Notes under the pieces: generated by a model
Seen by the model: the letters and a program-made list of their open reading frames with translations, nothing else
Database searches by the model: none
What the model was told of the DNA's origin: nothing
Program-made: the position numbers and the translations under genes
Origin: Candidatus Brocadia sp.
Lineage (GTDB): Bacteria; Planctomycetota; Brocadiia; Brocadiales; Brocadiaceae
DNA length: 32,000 nt
Assembly (NCBI GenBank): GCA_021650915.1
Contig: CP091279.1
Span: forward strand, 3,780,001 to 3,812,000
Direction: 5' to 3'
Shown: piece by piece, positions 1 to 8,310 of the stretch
How positions within the stretch are numbered: position 1 is the stretch's first letter
How the letters are laid out: every line of letters starts with the position of its first letter

Positions 1-980
1 TCTATGTCCTGAACGTCTTTAAAGTGGTTTTCCAGGGTATTTTTATAAGCCACCAGCTGTTTATATACCGCGGGCATCTCTTTTTCAAGATGTGCAATCG
101 GCTCCGGCGTACGGATACCGGCAACAACGTCCTCGCCCTGGGCATTGATAAGGAATTCGCCATAGAATTTGTTTTCTCCCGTTGAAGGATTCCTGGTAAA
201 GCATACCCCTGTGGCGGAGTGATTTCCCATATTCCCGAAAACCATGGTCTGAATGTTCACAGCCGTTCCCAGGAGTCCTTTAATTTCATAAAGTTGTCGG
301 TATTTCACGGCCCGCGGGTTATTCCATGACGCAAAAACGGCTTCGATTGCCTTCTGGAGTTGTACTTTTGGATCGGTTGGAAAGTTTTCGCGTGTCTTTT
401 TTTTGTAAACAGATTTAAACTCTTCGACAATCTTTTTTAATTGATCAGACGTCAGTTCGGTATCACTTTTTATCCGAGCCTTCTTTTTGTACGCGTCAAG
501 AATCTCTTCAAAGTAATGACGTTCAACACCCATAACGACGTCGCCAAACATGGTGATAAACCGCCGGTAGGCATCCCAGACAAATCGCTCATTATTCGTT
601 TTTTTTATCAGTCCGGCAACGGCATCCGGGGTTAATCCCAGATTTAAAACCGTGTCCATCATGCCGGGCATGGATGCCGCAGCGCCGCTTCGCACAGAGA
701 CCAGGAGCGGGTTCGCTGGGTCACCCAGCTTTGCTCCCATGAGTTTCTCCAGGCGCGAGAGGTTCTGTTCTATTTCTTTGGCAAGACCATCAGGGTACTT
801 TTTATTGTTCTTATAATAGGCATCGCAAACTTCTGTCGTGATGGTAAACCCTGGAGGTACGGGAATACCCAGATTGGTCATTTCCGCAAGATTGGCTCCC
901 TTGCCACCGAGCAGGTGTTTCATGTCAGACTTCCCGTCAGCAGAGCCATTGCCAAAGAAATAAACATACTTAGGCGCCAT
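1..980 (-). CDS. ppdK: Pyruvate, phosphate dikinase, N-terminal ~326 aa (rest of gene lies beyond the window start)
   Basis: Absent from the ORF track because it runs off the edge. My reverse-strand translation from the ATG (complement of 978..980) reads MAPKYVYFFGNGSADGKSDMKHLLGGKGANLAEMTNLGIPVPPGFTI..., the canonical PPDK N-terminus. The frame stays open to base 1. Confidence 0.85.
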   Translation of the reverse strand, partial: MAPKYVYFFGNGSADGKSDMKHLLGGKGANLAEMTNLGIPVPPGFTITTEVCDAYYKNNKKYPDGLAKEIEQNLSRLEKLMGAKLGDPANPLLVSVRSGAAASMPGMMDTVLNLGLTPDAVAGLIKKTNNERFVWDAYRRFITMFGDVVMGVERHYFEEILDAYKKKARIKSDTELTSDQLKKIVEEFKSVYKKKTRENFPTDPKVQLQKAIEAVFASWNNPRAVKYRQLYEIKGLLGTAVNIQTMVFGNMGNHSATGVCFTRNPSTGENKFYGEFLINAQGEDVVAGIRTPEPIAHLEKEMPAVYKQLVAYKNTLENHFKDVQDI

Positions 981-1274
981 CCAGCTACTCCTTTCACTAT
1001 GATATGTATATAAAATTACTATACACAAAAAGCACGGTTTTTGTGCCTGAATTGCACAAGAAAAGGGAAATTATGCTATCAAAAACAAATTTAACACGCA
1101 AGAAAATTTCATGAAAGACCAAAAGTTATATGAAAATGAAAAATAATATGATACCATAGGGTAGCAAAGCTGCAACGAAATAATCACCAGCGCGTAAAAT
1201 AATCCGTATCAGACGCTCAGGCAAACAGAATTACCCGTTTTTCCCGTCTTTATTACCGTTTTGACGAAAAAACC

Positions 1275-2522
1275 ATGGGGCGTGTTATTGGGATAACCGA
1301 GGTGTTCAGGAACCGGAACTTTTTAAAGCTCTGGATCGGGCAAATAGTATCCGCACTCGGTGATCGATTCAACCAAATGGCGTTATTAGGGCTCATGATA
1401 AAAAAGGGGGGGAATGTAGGGCAGGAATTATCGAAGATTACTTTTTGGAGCATTCTGCCTTTTTTTGTGTTTAGTCTTTTTTCTGGTGTCCTTTCTGACC
1501 GATGGTCAAGAAAACGCATCCTGATAGGCTCAGATATAGCCCGGATTTTTTTGGTATGCTCCATGCCCTGGGTTATCCGCGATCCAGCCTGTGTTGCTCC
1601 GGCCTATCCCGTAATCTTTGCCATAGGTATTTTCACCTGTCTCTTTTCTCCGGCAAAATTTTCAATCATTCCCAATCTTGTTGAGAACCGCCACCTCCTG
1701 ATCGCAAATTCCCTGATTGCGTCCTCCGCGCTCTTAAGCGTTTTGGCCGGCACTGCTTTAGGGGGTATTATTTTTGATTCGATGGGATTTCAGGCATCCC
1801 TGTACCTCAATGCCGCAACCTATCTTTTCTCTGCATGCGCCCTGTGGAAGCTCACGGTAAACGAAAAGAAACGCCCCGCAGGGAAGGGCATGGCCTTTGT
1901 TTTTACGGATATCAAGGAGGGTATGAAATATCTCTGTCGCGATGGCAGACTGATAATTCTCATTTTTTTTGGTGCATTTTTCTGGCTTCTCGGCATAAGT
2001 TTTTATATCGTACTATCCGATTTTGCCGGGAAGGTATGGGGGTTTACTTCCTTAATGCCTCTGGGACTCATCTTCTCCCTGCTTGGTGGCGGGCTTGTTA
2101 CCGGCGCCGTTTTGACGGGTAAGTATGGCGATCGGGTGAAGAGAAATATCCTTTATACCGGGAGCGTTCTGATGCTGGCATGCGGCATAATAGTTGTTGC
2201 CGTGGTATCATCATATACAGCAGCTTCGTGCACGGTTTTCTTTGTTGGAATTGCCGGCGGGGCATTTCTTGCCCCCATCAATGCGGATATCCAAAAGATT
2301 ACCCCCGACGAGTTACGAGGCAGGTCTTTTGCCTGTAAAGATATCATTATGAACGCCACCATGATCGCGCCGATACCCGTTATCGGCAAATTAACAACCT
2401 TCATTGCGGCCAGAGAAATGATGCTCTCGGTGGGCATTGGAGGGCTTCTGGCCGGTATCTTCGTGGCATGGCAGAGTGTCAAGCTGAATGCCATACAGGA
2501 GTTTGCACGGGAAGATAGATAA
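1275..2522 (+). CDS. MFS transporter, LplT-like by context (lysophospholipid transporter candidate)
   Basis: 415-aa polytopic protein. N-terminus FRNRNFLKLWIGQIVSALGDRF is typical of MFS. The stop abuts a PlsC-type acyltransferase gene, as in LplT-acyltransferase pairs. Confidence 0.7.
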   Translation: MGRVIGITEVFRNRNFLKLWIGQIVSALGDRFNQMALLGLMIKKGGNVGQELSKITFWSILPFFVFSLFSGVLSDRWSRKRILIGSDIARIFLVCSMPWVIRDPACVAPAYPVIFAIGIFTCLFSPAKFSIIPNLVENRHLLIANSLIASSALLSVLAGTALGGIIFDSMGFQASLYLNAATYLFSACALWKLTVNEKKRPAGKGMAFVFTDIKEGMKYLCRDGRLIILIFFGAFFWLLGISFYIVLSDFAGKVWGFTSLMPLGLIFSLLGGGLVTGAVLTGKYGDRVKRNILYTGSVLMLACGIIVVAVVSSYTAASCTVFFVGIAGGAFLAPINADIQKITPDELRGRSFACKDIIMNATMIAPIPVIGKLTTFIAAREMMLSVGIGGLLAGIFVAWQSVKLNAIQEFAREDR

Positions 2523-2552
2523 TTGCAAGCGGGCCGTCCTCATTTCCTAAGT

Positions 2553-3257
2553 ATGAAAAAAAAGAGAGAAAATACCGATCACGAAAAGGCTGCGTTTTTT
2601 CCCGGCATGCTTTCTCGCCTTCGTGAATTCCTGAATAATTGCTTCTTCTTTGTGCTCAAGACAACGGGCGTTGTGTTATTAAAGGTTTTTTTTCATATCC
2701 AGGTGCAAAATGCAGGATATATCCCCCGGGAAGGGCCTCTTATTGTTGCTGCGAACCACTTCAGTTATATGGATCCCGTGGTACTGCAAGCCATGTTTCC
2801 AAGACGTATCGCTTTTATGATGACGGAGATCTATTATGAGGGTCGTGGAAAATGGCTTTTTCAATTACTGCATTGTATTTGTGTCACAGAGAAAGGCTCA
2901 AACAGGGCTGCGCTGAAACAGGGTATGACGGTGTTGAAAAAAAACGACGTTTTAGGCATCTTTCCCGAAGGCGGAGTGAGCCGGGAGGGTCTCCTTCAGG
3001 AGGGAAACCCCGGTATCGGTTTTCTCGTCGCAAAGAGCGGGGCGCCCGTCATCCCGGCATTTATTTCCGGTACGTATCAGGCATTGCCAAAGGGCGCAAA
3101 GATACCGAGAAGTACCCGGATTACCATAATTTTTGGCAAGCCGATGGCTTTTGAAGATATGAGTGAGTGGGGAACAAAGAAAGGGTTTGAGGAGATTGCA
3201 AAGGTAGTTATGGAGCGTATTGCAGCGCTGGCTCTTTCTGACAAACGAACGGAGTAA
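2553..3257 (+). CDS. 1-acyl-sn-glycerol-3-phosphate/lysophospholipid acyltransferase family protein (PlsC-like)
   Basis: HX4D motif (NHFSYMDP) and FPEGG motif are present. I prefer ATG 2553 (MKKKREN...) over the track's TTG at 2523. Confidence 0.8.
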   Translation: MKKKRENTDHEKAAFFPGMLSRLREFLNNCFFFVLKTTGVVLLKVFFHIQVQNAGYIPREGPLIVAANHFSYMDPVVLQAMFPRRIAFMMTEIYYEGRGKWLFQLLHCICVTEKGSNRAALKQGMTVLKKNDVLGIFPEGGVSREGLLQEGNPGIGFLVAKSGAPVIPAFISGTYQALPKGAKIPRSTRITIIFGKPMAFEDMSEWGTKKGFEEIAKVVMERIAALALSDKRTE

Positions 3258-3279
3258 CTGCGGGAGCTTGTTTAAGACC

Positions 3280-4062
3280 ATGCAAAAGAATGAAATACTC
3301 AGCGATTTATCGCGCTATAGAGAAGAATTTATCCTGGGCCACAGCAATACCGCGTGCCTGCTTATCCATGGGTTTGGTTGTGGACCAATTCAGATGCGGG
3401 AACTTGCGGAAAAGTTATCTCAGTGGGGCTTTACCGCCCGGGGCATACTCCTTCCGGGGCATTGCAAAAATATGGGTGGTTATTCATCAACCGCACATCA
3501 CGACTGGATTGCAAAGGTAGAGTCTGAATATCATCAGTTAAAGAGGGTATACCGGGAGGTCGTTGTTATCGGGTTCTCCCTCGGTGCGCTCCTGACCTTG
3601 CAATTGTCTATCCGCTATTCCCCGGAAAAAATAATCCTCATGGGCACCCCCCTGTATTTACTCCGGAAGTATCTGCCGGTGCCTTTGGCAATCAGGATAT
3701 GCAAGAATTTTATGAAAAAGGTAAAAACCCGGCAGAGGCGGTGTTATATGGAATCGGAAGGATATACCGGTTACCTGCGCCAGCCTGTCGATACCCATTT
3801 TTCAATCCCCGCTTTATACGGGCTTACCGAGATCATGAACGTCGTCAATACCGGATTGCAGGAGGTACGGTCGCCCGCGCTGGTTATCCATTCCAAAAAA
3901 GACCTTCTTGCTGCCCCCGCAAGCGCACAACACGTGATGAGACATCTTGGCTCCGACTACAAACGGCTGGTCTGGCTTGAACGAAGTCATCACCTGGTAA
4001 TGTACGACAAGGAAAAGGATAGGGTTTTTCGGGCAATAAAAGAATTTGTAACGGATGCCTGA
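3280..4062 (+). CDS. Alpha/beta hydrolase (carboxylesterase / lysophospholipase / monoacylglycerol-lipase-like)
   Basis: HGFGCGP oxyanion region, GFSLGA nucleophile elbow (GxSxG) and a C-terminal H. ATG 3280 (MQKNEILSD) lies just after the previous stop at 3257. Confidence 0.7.
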   Translation: MQKNEILSDLSRYREEFILGHSNTACLLIHGFGCGPIQMRELAEKLSQWGFTARGILLPGHCKNMGGYSSTAHHDWIAKVESEYHQLKRVYREVVVIGFSLGALLTLQLSIRYSPEKIILMGTPLYLLRKYLPVPLAIRICKNFMKKVKTRQRRCYMESEGYTGYLRQPVDTHFSIPALYGLTEIMNVVNTGLQEVRSPALVIHSKKDLLAAPASAQHVMRHLGSDYKRLVWLERSHHLVMYDKEKDRVFRAIKEFVTDA

Positions 4063-4080
4063 CCCGACCGCATCAGGCAT
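4055..4080. terminator. 8-bp stem-loop between convergent genes (weak bidirectional terminator candidate)
   Basis: ATGCCTGA (4055..4062), a 10-nt loop, then TCAGGCAT (4073..4080). It overlaps the hydrolase stop codon. There is no clear T-tract. Confidence 0.25.
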
Positions 4081-4091
4081 GGCTGCCATGT

Positions 4092-5078
4092 TCAGGTGAT
4101 CTCAAACTCCGCGATGACGGGGGCATGATCCGACTCCGGAAATTTCACGTCCTGCCGGAATGCGCCTGATTCGTCCGGTAATGCCTCATTGTGAATCTCA
4201 GCGTTCCGGAAGAATCTCAGCAATGGCCTTGAAACGATGATGTGATCCAGCATTTCACCCTTTCCCAGGTGCAGTAGTGAAAACCGGGAGGATTCAGGAA
4301 TATTCTTTTCGCAGGGTATCATGATGCGGGGCGCGTGTTCCGAATTTCCCGTTTCCTCAACGGGTCCGCAAATCGCCTGTACCGGCACTTCGTCTGCCCC
4401 GGCATTAAAATCACCGCACAGGGCAATCAGGGTGTCTTCTCCCTGCTGATCGAAGATGTCATCGATCAGCAGCCTTGCCTGCAATGCCTGTCCTACGCGC
4501 TTCATGGACGAGATGAAACTTCCTTCTGCCCATGCCGACACCGTTTTCCAGGTGGAGTTGTCAAGCTTTTGTCCCGGAATGCTGGAAGCAAGTTTGGATT
4601 TAAGATGTACATTAATCAGATGCAGATTCATTCCGGTAGCGACCCTGATTTGGGTGTAGAGCATGGGACGTTCCCATTCGATGGGATTTGCTAATGTGTC
4701 CGGTGGGTTAGCCGTAGCCATTTGGTATTGTGGGCGCGGCCCGGAGCTATCCCGAATGATCTGGGCAGGTGCTGCAAATGAAAATCGTGACAGGGTAACG
4801 ATATTGCGCACATCATAGAGTGCACCGCTGGTGGTCGACGTTGTTTCACGATGAAATCCGGCATACTCGGTGCCGGCAAGAAGGTCATCTAAAGCCGCAA
4901 GGGTGCGGGAATCGCTGGCGCCCTGGCTGTTAACTTCCTGAAAGCAAAGAATATCTGCGCGCAGCCGCTGCAGCTGTGGCCGCATGATCCGGATTCGGTC
5001 AGCCAGTGCGGGCACAACGTTGGGACCCTTGTCCAGGTTTTCCAGGTTATAGGTGGCGATACGAAGAAACATTGGCAA
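4092..5078 (-). CDS. Endonuclease/exonuclease/phosphatase (EEP) family protein
   Basis: The N-terminus RIATYNLENLD, ILCFQEVN, a central NVHLKS and C-terminal SDHAPV are typical EEP motifs. A strong SD (AAGGAGGG) sits upstream. Confidence 0.75.
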   Translation of the reverse strand: MPMFLRIATYNLENLDKGPNVVPALADRIRIMRPQLQRLRADILCFQEVNSQGASDSRTLAALDDLLAGTEYAGFHRETTSTTSGALYDVRNIVTLSRFSFAAPAQIIRDSSGPRPQYQMATANPPDTLANPIEWERPMLYTQIRVATGMNLHLINVHLKSKLASSIPGQKLDNSTWKTVSAWAEGSFISSMKRVGQALQARLLIDDIFDQQGEDTLIALCGDFNAGADEVPVQAICGPVEETGNSEHAPRIMIPCEKNIPESSRFSLLHLGKGEMLDHIIVSRPLLRFFRNAEIHNEALPDESGAFRQDVKFPESDHAPVIAEFEIT

Positions 5079-5531
5079 CCCTCCTTGTCATAGAGAACGG
5101 TTTGGAGTCAGCGCAACGATTAGGAGTTGAGAAAGGGGCACGATCCGGTTACCGGTAAGAAAGCCCTTGTCTGGAAAAATACTGCGCAGACTGCAAACTA
5201 TCAAAAATAAAAGACCTCTCTGTGATTCGACTTCACGACGCTGGCGTGTTTGAATCTCATGGTTATAGATACGCTTATAACAAATATGTTAACAGGGAAT
5301 TCATGCTAATATCAAGACGAATAACTTCTCAGTCCTGTTCATGAAGTGGCGTCACACCCGGCTTGGCAAGCCGTTATCTCCCAGATTGCTGTTGAGACAC
5401 GGATTTAAATAGCGGTTTCATCAATTCTTCAAACGGTCGTATTTCTTGTTCAACCGGAACGAAAATGCTCGTATCGCTTCTGCCAGAGTCGTCCTGTTTT
5501 TTTCAGCGCTACGCTTGCAGCCAGTTTTTTC

Positions 5532-5561
5532 TTGACAACGTTATGTCTCATGAGATATAAC
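5532..5561 (+). promoter_or_regulatory. Sigma70-like promoter (TTGACA-N17-ATATAA) overlapped by a 22-bp palindromic Mo-box-like operator
   Basis: TTGACA at 5532..5537. The palindrome GTTATGTCTCA|TGAGATATAAC at 5540..5561 has half-sites matching 10/11. The same outer half-sites recur at 6599..6620. Confidence 0.5.
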
Positions 5562-5573
5562 CAATCCTTAATT

Positions 5574-5915
5574 ATGAACGTTAGATGCAAGATATGGTTT
5601 GAGAAAGATAGTAGCGTGGCCTTTGCTGAGGGGCGGCGAATGCTGCTTGAGGCCGTAGACCGTTTAGGCTCCCTGAATGCCGCAGCAAAGGAATTGGGTA
5701 TGTCATACCGGGCTGCATGGGGAAAGATCAAGGCCACAGAGCAGGTATTGGGGATAAAATTATTGGAGGTTACTACCGGGGGGAAAGGCGGGGGCGGGGC
5801 AACTTTGACGGCAGAGGCAAAGGAACTGATTTCAAAGTACAGGAAATACACCGACAAGATGACCCGCGCTATGGAAAAGGAATTTCAGCGCATTTTTCAA
5901 GACAAGAATTCGTAA
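5574..5915 (+). CDS. modE: ModE-type molybdate-responsive regulator, N-terminal DNA-binding domain only
   Basis: Collinear with my recalled E. coli ModE residues ~10-120: GSLNAAAKELGMSYRAAWGKI (wHTH) and the invariant TGGKGGGGATLT. It stops after ~114 aa with no Mop domains. Confidence 0.8.
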   Translation: MNVRCKIWFEKDSSVAFAEGRRMLLEAVDRLGSLNAAAKELGMSYRAAWGKIKATEQVLGIKLLEVTTGGKGGGGATLTAEAKELISKYRKYTDKMTRAMEKEFQRIFQDKNS

Positions 5916-6001
5916 TGCACGGGACTTTAATTTTTTGCGATTCCCCTCTAAAATAAGGATTCAAGGGCGCGTATAAATGTCTTTAACACATACCCGACAC
6001 T

Positions 6002-6045
6002 CTCCCCGGAAGGGGGGAATAAAAAAGTCCCCTCTTGGGAAGGGG
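6002..6045. repeat. Two short GC-rich hairpin repeats in the modE-N/di-Mop spacer
   Basis: CTCCCCGGAAGGGGGGA (6002..6018) and CCCCTCTTGGGAAGGGG (6029..6045), each self-complementary. Confidence 0.5.
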
Positions 6046-6070
6046 TGGAGGATGGGTAAAAAAGTCATCT

Positions 6071-6478
6071 ATGGCAAACAAACTTTGCGGGACGATTGTC
6101 GCTATAACTCAGGGACATATCCATGCCCACATTAAAATTCTCTGGAAGGAGATACCGCTGAATGTCATCATCACCAGGGCATCGTGTGAGGATATGCATC
6201 TTCTGGCGGGTGATACGATTTCGGTGCTGATCAAGGGCACGGATATCATGATTGCGAAGGCATTTTCGGGGATGCTGAGCGCCCGCAACAGGGCACGGGG
6301 AATGGTAAGGCAAATCATTCAGGGAGACGTATTATCGAAGATTTATGTGGAATCCCAGGGTGATATGCTCTATGCCATTATTACGAACGCGTCTCTGGAG
6401 GAAATGGGTATTAAAGAAGGTGATGAGATTACGGCAATTGTAAAATCTACGGAACTGATACTATCGAAAGGGGTGTAG
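6071..6478 (+). CDS. Stand-alone tandem Mop/TOBE (di-Mop, ModG-like) molybdate-binding protein
   Basis: Two ~65-aa Mop repeats. The second starts with the SARN motif (LSARNRARGMVRQI...KSTELILSK). ATG 6071 is preferred over the track start at 6035. Confidence 0.75.
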   Translation: MANKLCGTIVAITQGHIHAHIKILWKEIPLNVIITRASCEDMHLLAGDTISVLIKGTDIMIAKAFSGMLSARNRARGMVRQIIQGDVLSKIYVESQGDMLYAIITNASLEEMGIKEGDEITAIVKSTELILSKGV

Positions 6479-6598
6479 TAGTTATGAAGAGATTGCGGAG
6501 ATGGGTGCGGTCAGGGATGATTGTTTTCCGGTATGCTGTTTGGAATGTTTTGCCGGGCTGGACATTTTAAAATCTAAAGCCCATTTTTATTTCTATGC

Positions 6599-6620
6599 GT
6601 TATGTCATTTATGATATAAC
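6599..6620 (+). promoter_or_regulatory. 22-bp palindromic Mo-box-like operator upstream of the porin gene
   Basis: GTTATGTCAT-TT-ATGATATAAC, half-sites matching 9/10, ending 23 nt before ATG 6644. CGTTATGTC-N7-ATATAAC is shared with 5539..5561. Confidence 0.5.
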
Positions 6621-6643
6621 AGTAATGAAAGGAGGAGGAGTAG

Positions 6644-8143
6644 ATGCGGAGTAAAGGGTTTTGCTATGGTTTATCGCTGGCGATAGCATTCTGCGCTGTA
6701 TATGCTGATAATGTGGCGCAGAATGCACGCGCCCAGGATGTTGTTCAGAGCCAGGGAACATCGGAAGGTGGAATGGATGATTTGAAGAGACAGTTAAAAC
6801 AGATGGAAGAGGCGTTTCTCGTGCAGCAGAAAATGATGAAACAGATGGAGGCAATGGCGTTAAGCCAGCAGGAGCAAATCAAGGAATTGAAAAACCATAT
6901 CGAAAGTATTAGTGAAAGACCTGTAGCGGTTGCAAAAGAAGAGATCAAGAAAGAGGTAAAGCAGGAAATGAAACAAGAGGTACACCAGGAGGTGGGGAAC
7001 TATCTCGCATCGAATGAGGCGCGGGAAAAACTGGGGTTAGGCTTACCCGGCAAAAATGAACCGGTTAACGGCTATTATCTGCCCGATAAGGCAAAGGCCT
7101 CCATCGGTTTTCAGACAAGGGATGGAAAATACTCCTTAAACGTGGGCTTCAGATTCCAGACGCGCTTTACTTACAAGGACAAGGATGAGGATTTTGATGA
7201 AGGTGATATAACCGATATTGACGTGCGCAGGGCAAGGCTTTGTTTTGGCGGCAATATCTACAGCAAGGATCTCTTTTATAACGTGGAAATTGACGCGGAC
7301 AGCTTTGATGTGAATCTGAGGGATTATTATATCTGGTGGACCCCAGCGGCAGCCGAGGAAGCACTCAGTATAAAAGGAGGGTATTTTAAGGTGCCTGCCA
7401 ACCGCCAATGGAATTCATCGGGTTTTTCGCTCTTGCTCCAGGACAGGTCCATCGCCAGCGACAACTTTAAACAGGACCGTGATTACGGCCTGGACATCTT
7501 TGGAAAACCATTTGATGGTCATATGGAATACCACGCAGCCGTTTTCCGCGGCGCTGGCCAGAATCCCTCAAAGGCGTTTGGTCGGGACGAAAATGTCGAC
7601 AACGAGCTCATGTATGTGCTTACCGCACGATATTATCCTTTTGGATGGTATCAATCCTATAATTTAGCAACGGGTTGGGATGAGACTGACCTGAAATACG
7701 AAGAGCAACTGAAGGCCGTCATAGGTGCATCATTCGTCTATAATGCAAAGGAAAAAGATAAAAAGCTGGATGATACCAATTCTGCAATCGGCAACGTTGA
7801 CCTTGGCATGAGGTACAGGGGGTTTACGTGGGATAGTGAGTACTATATAAGGGAGAATGACCCTGAAGGTGACGGCGATACAATAACCTCCGACGGTTTC
7901 TATACCCAGGCTGGATATTTTGTGCTGCCCAAAAAACTGGAACTTGCAGCCCGTTACTCCGTGCTTGATCCGAATGAGGATGTACGGGATGACGTTCAGA
8001 CGGAGTATACGGTTGGCATCAATTATTACTTCCGTGGGCATCGCCAGCAGATACAGGCCGACGTGGGTCACTTCGTAACAGAGACTACAGAGACGGATAA
8101 AAACGAAAACAGAATCAGATTACAATATCAGATGATATTTTAG
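6644..8143 (+). CDS. Outer-membrane anion porin, phosphate-selective porin O/P-like, with N-terminal coiled coil
   Basis: Signal peptide (LAIAFCAVYA|DN), a coiled-coil stretch (LKRQLKQMEE...IKELKNHIE), then alternating beta-strand pattern ending in the OMP signature ...RLQYQMIF. Confidence 0.65.
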   Translation: MRSKGFCYGLSLAIAFCAVYADNVAQNARAQDVVQSQGTSEGGMDDLKRQLKQMEEAFLVQQKMMKQMEAMALSQQEQIKELKNHIESISERPVAVAKEEIKKEVKQEMKQEVHQEVGNYLASNEAREKLGLGLPGKNEPVNGYYLPDKAKASIGFQTRDGKYSLNVGFRFQTRFTYKDKDEDFDEGDITDIDVRRARLCFGGNIYSKDLFYNVEIDADSFDVNLRDYYIWWTPAAAEEALSIKGGYFKVPANRQWNSSGFSLLLQDRSIASDNFKQDRDYGLDIFGKPFDGHMEYHAAVFRGAGQNPSKAFGRDENVDNELMYVLTARYYPFGWYQSYNLATGWDETDLKYEEQLKAVIGASFVYNAKEKDKKLDDTNSAIGNVDLGMRYRGFTWDSEYYIRENDPEGDGDTITSDGFYTQAGYFVLPKKLELAARYSVLDPNEDVRDDVQTEYTVGINYYFRGHRQQIQADVGHFVTETTETDKNENRIRLQYQMIF

Positions 8144-8218
8144 CAAGATAGAAAGGAGGTGTACCGGCAAGGATAAATTGTTTTCGGGTGCCCGATCGAG
8201 ATACCCTGTGGAGCGGTT

Positions 8219-8292
8219 CATTTTAAAATCTGGCATCCATTTTTACTATTAACGTAAATATTTCAGGTTGGCCAGATACCTGGAAATATAAC
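8219..8292 (+). promoter_or_regulatory. Paralogous copy of the porin promoter region containing a 39-bp extended palindrome
   Basis: CATTTTAAAATCT-N5-CCATTTTTA (8219..8245) matches 6563..6589. GTAAATATTTCAGGT-TGGCCAGAT-ACCTGGAAATATAAC lies at 8254..8292. ATATAACAGT is shared with the porin operator. Confidence 0.4.
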
Positions 8293-8310
8293 AGTTACAG
8301 GAGGGAAATA

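Noticed and set aside
2523-2552. TTG start at 2523 for the acyltransferase, and similar long N-terminal extensions in the track (3220, 6035, 20254, 26537, 27988, 23091)
   Set aside because: In each case a downstream ATG is preceded by a better SD or begins where family homology or a signal peptide starts. The extensions overlap upstream genes or intergenic repeats.
5450-5857. 135-aa minus-strand ORF overlapping modE-N
   Set aside because: The opposite strand encodes a protein with the invariant ModE motif TGGKGGGGA. The minus ORF has no recognisable features.
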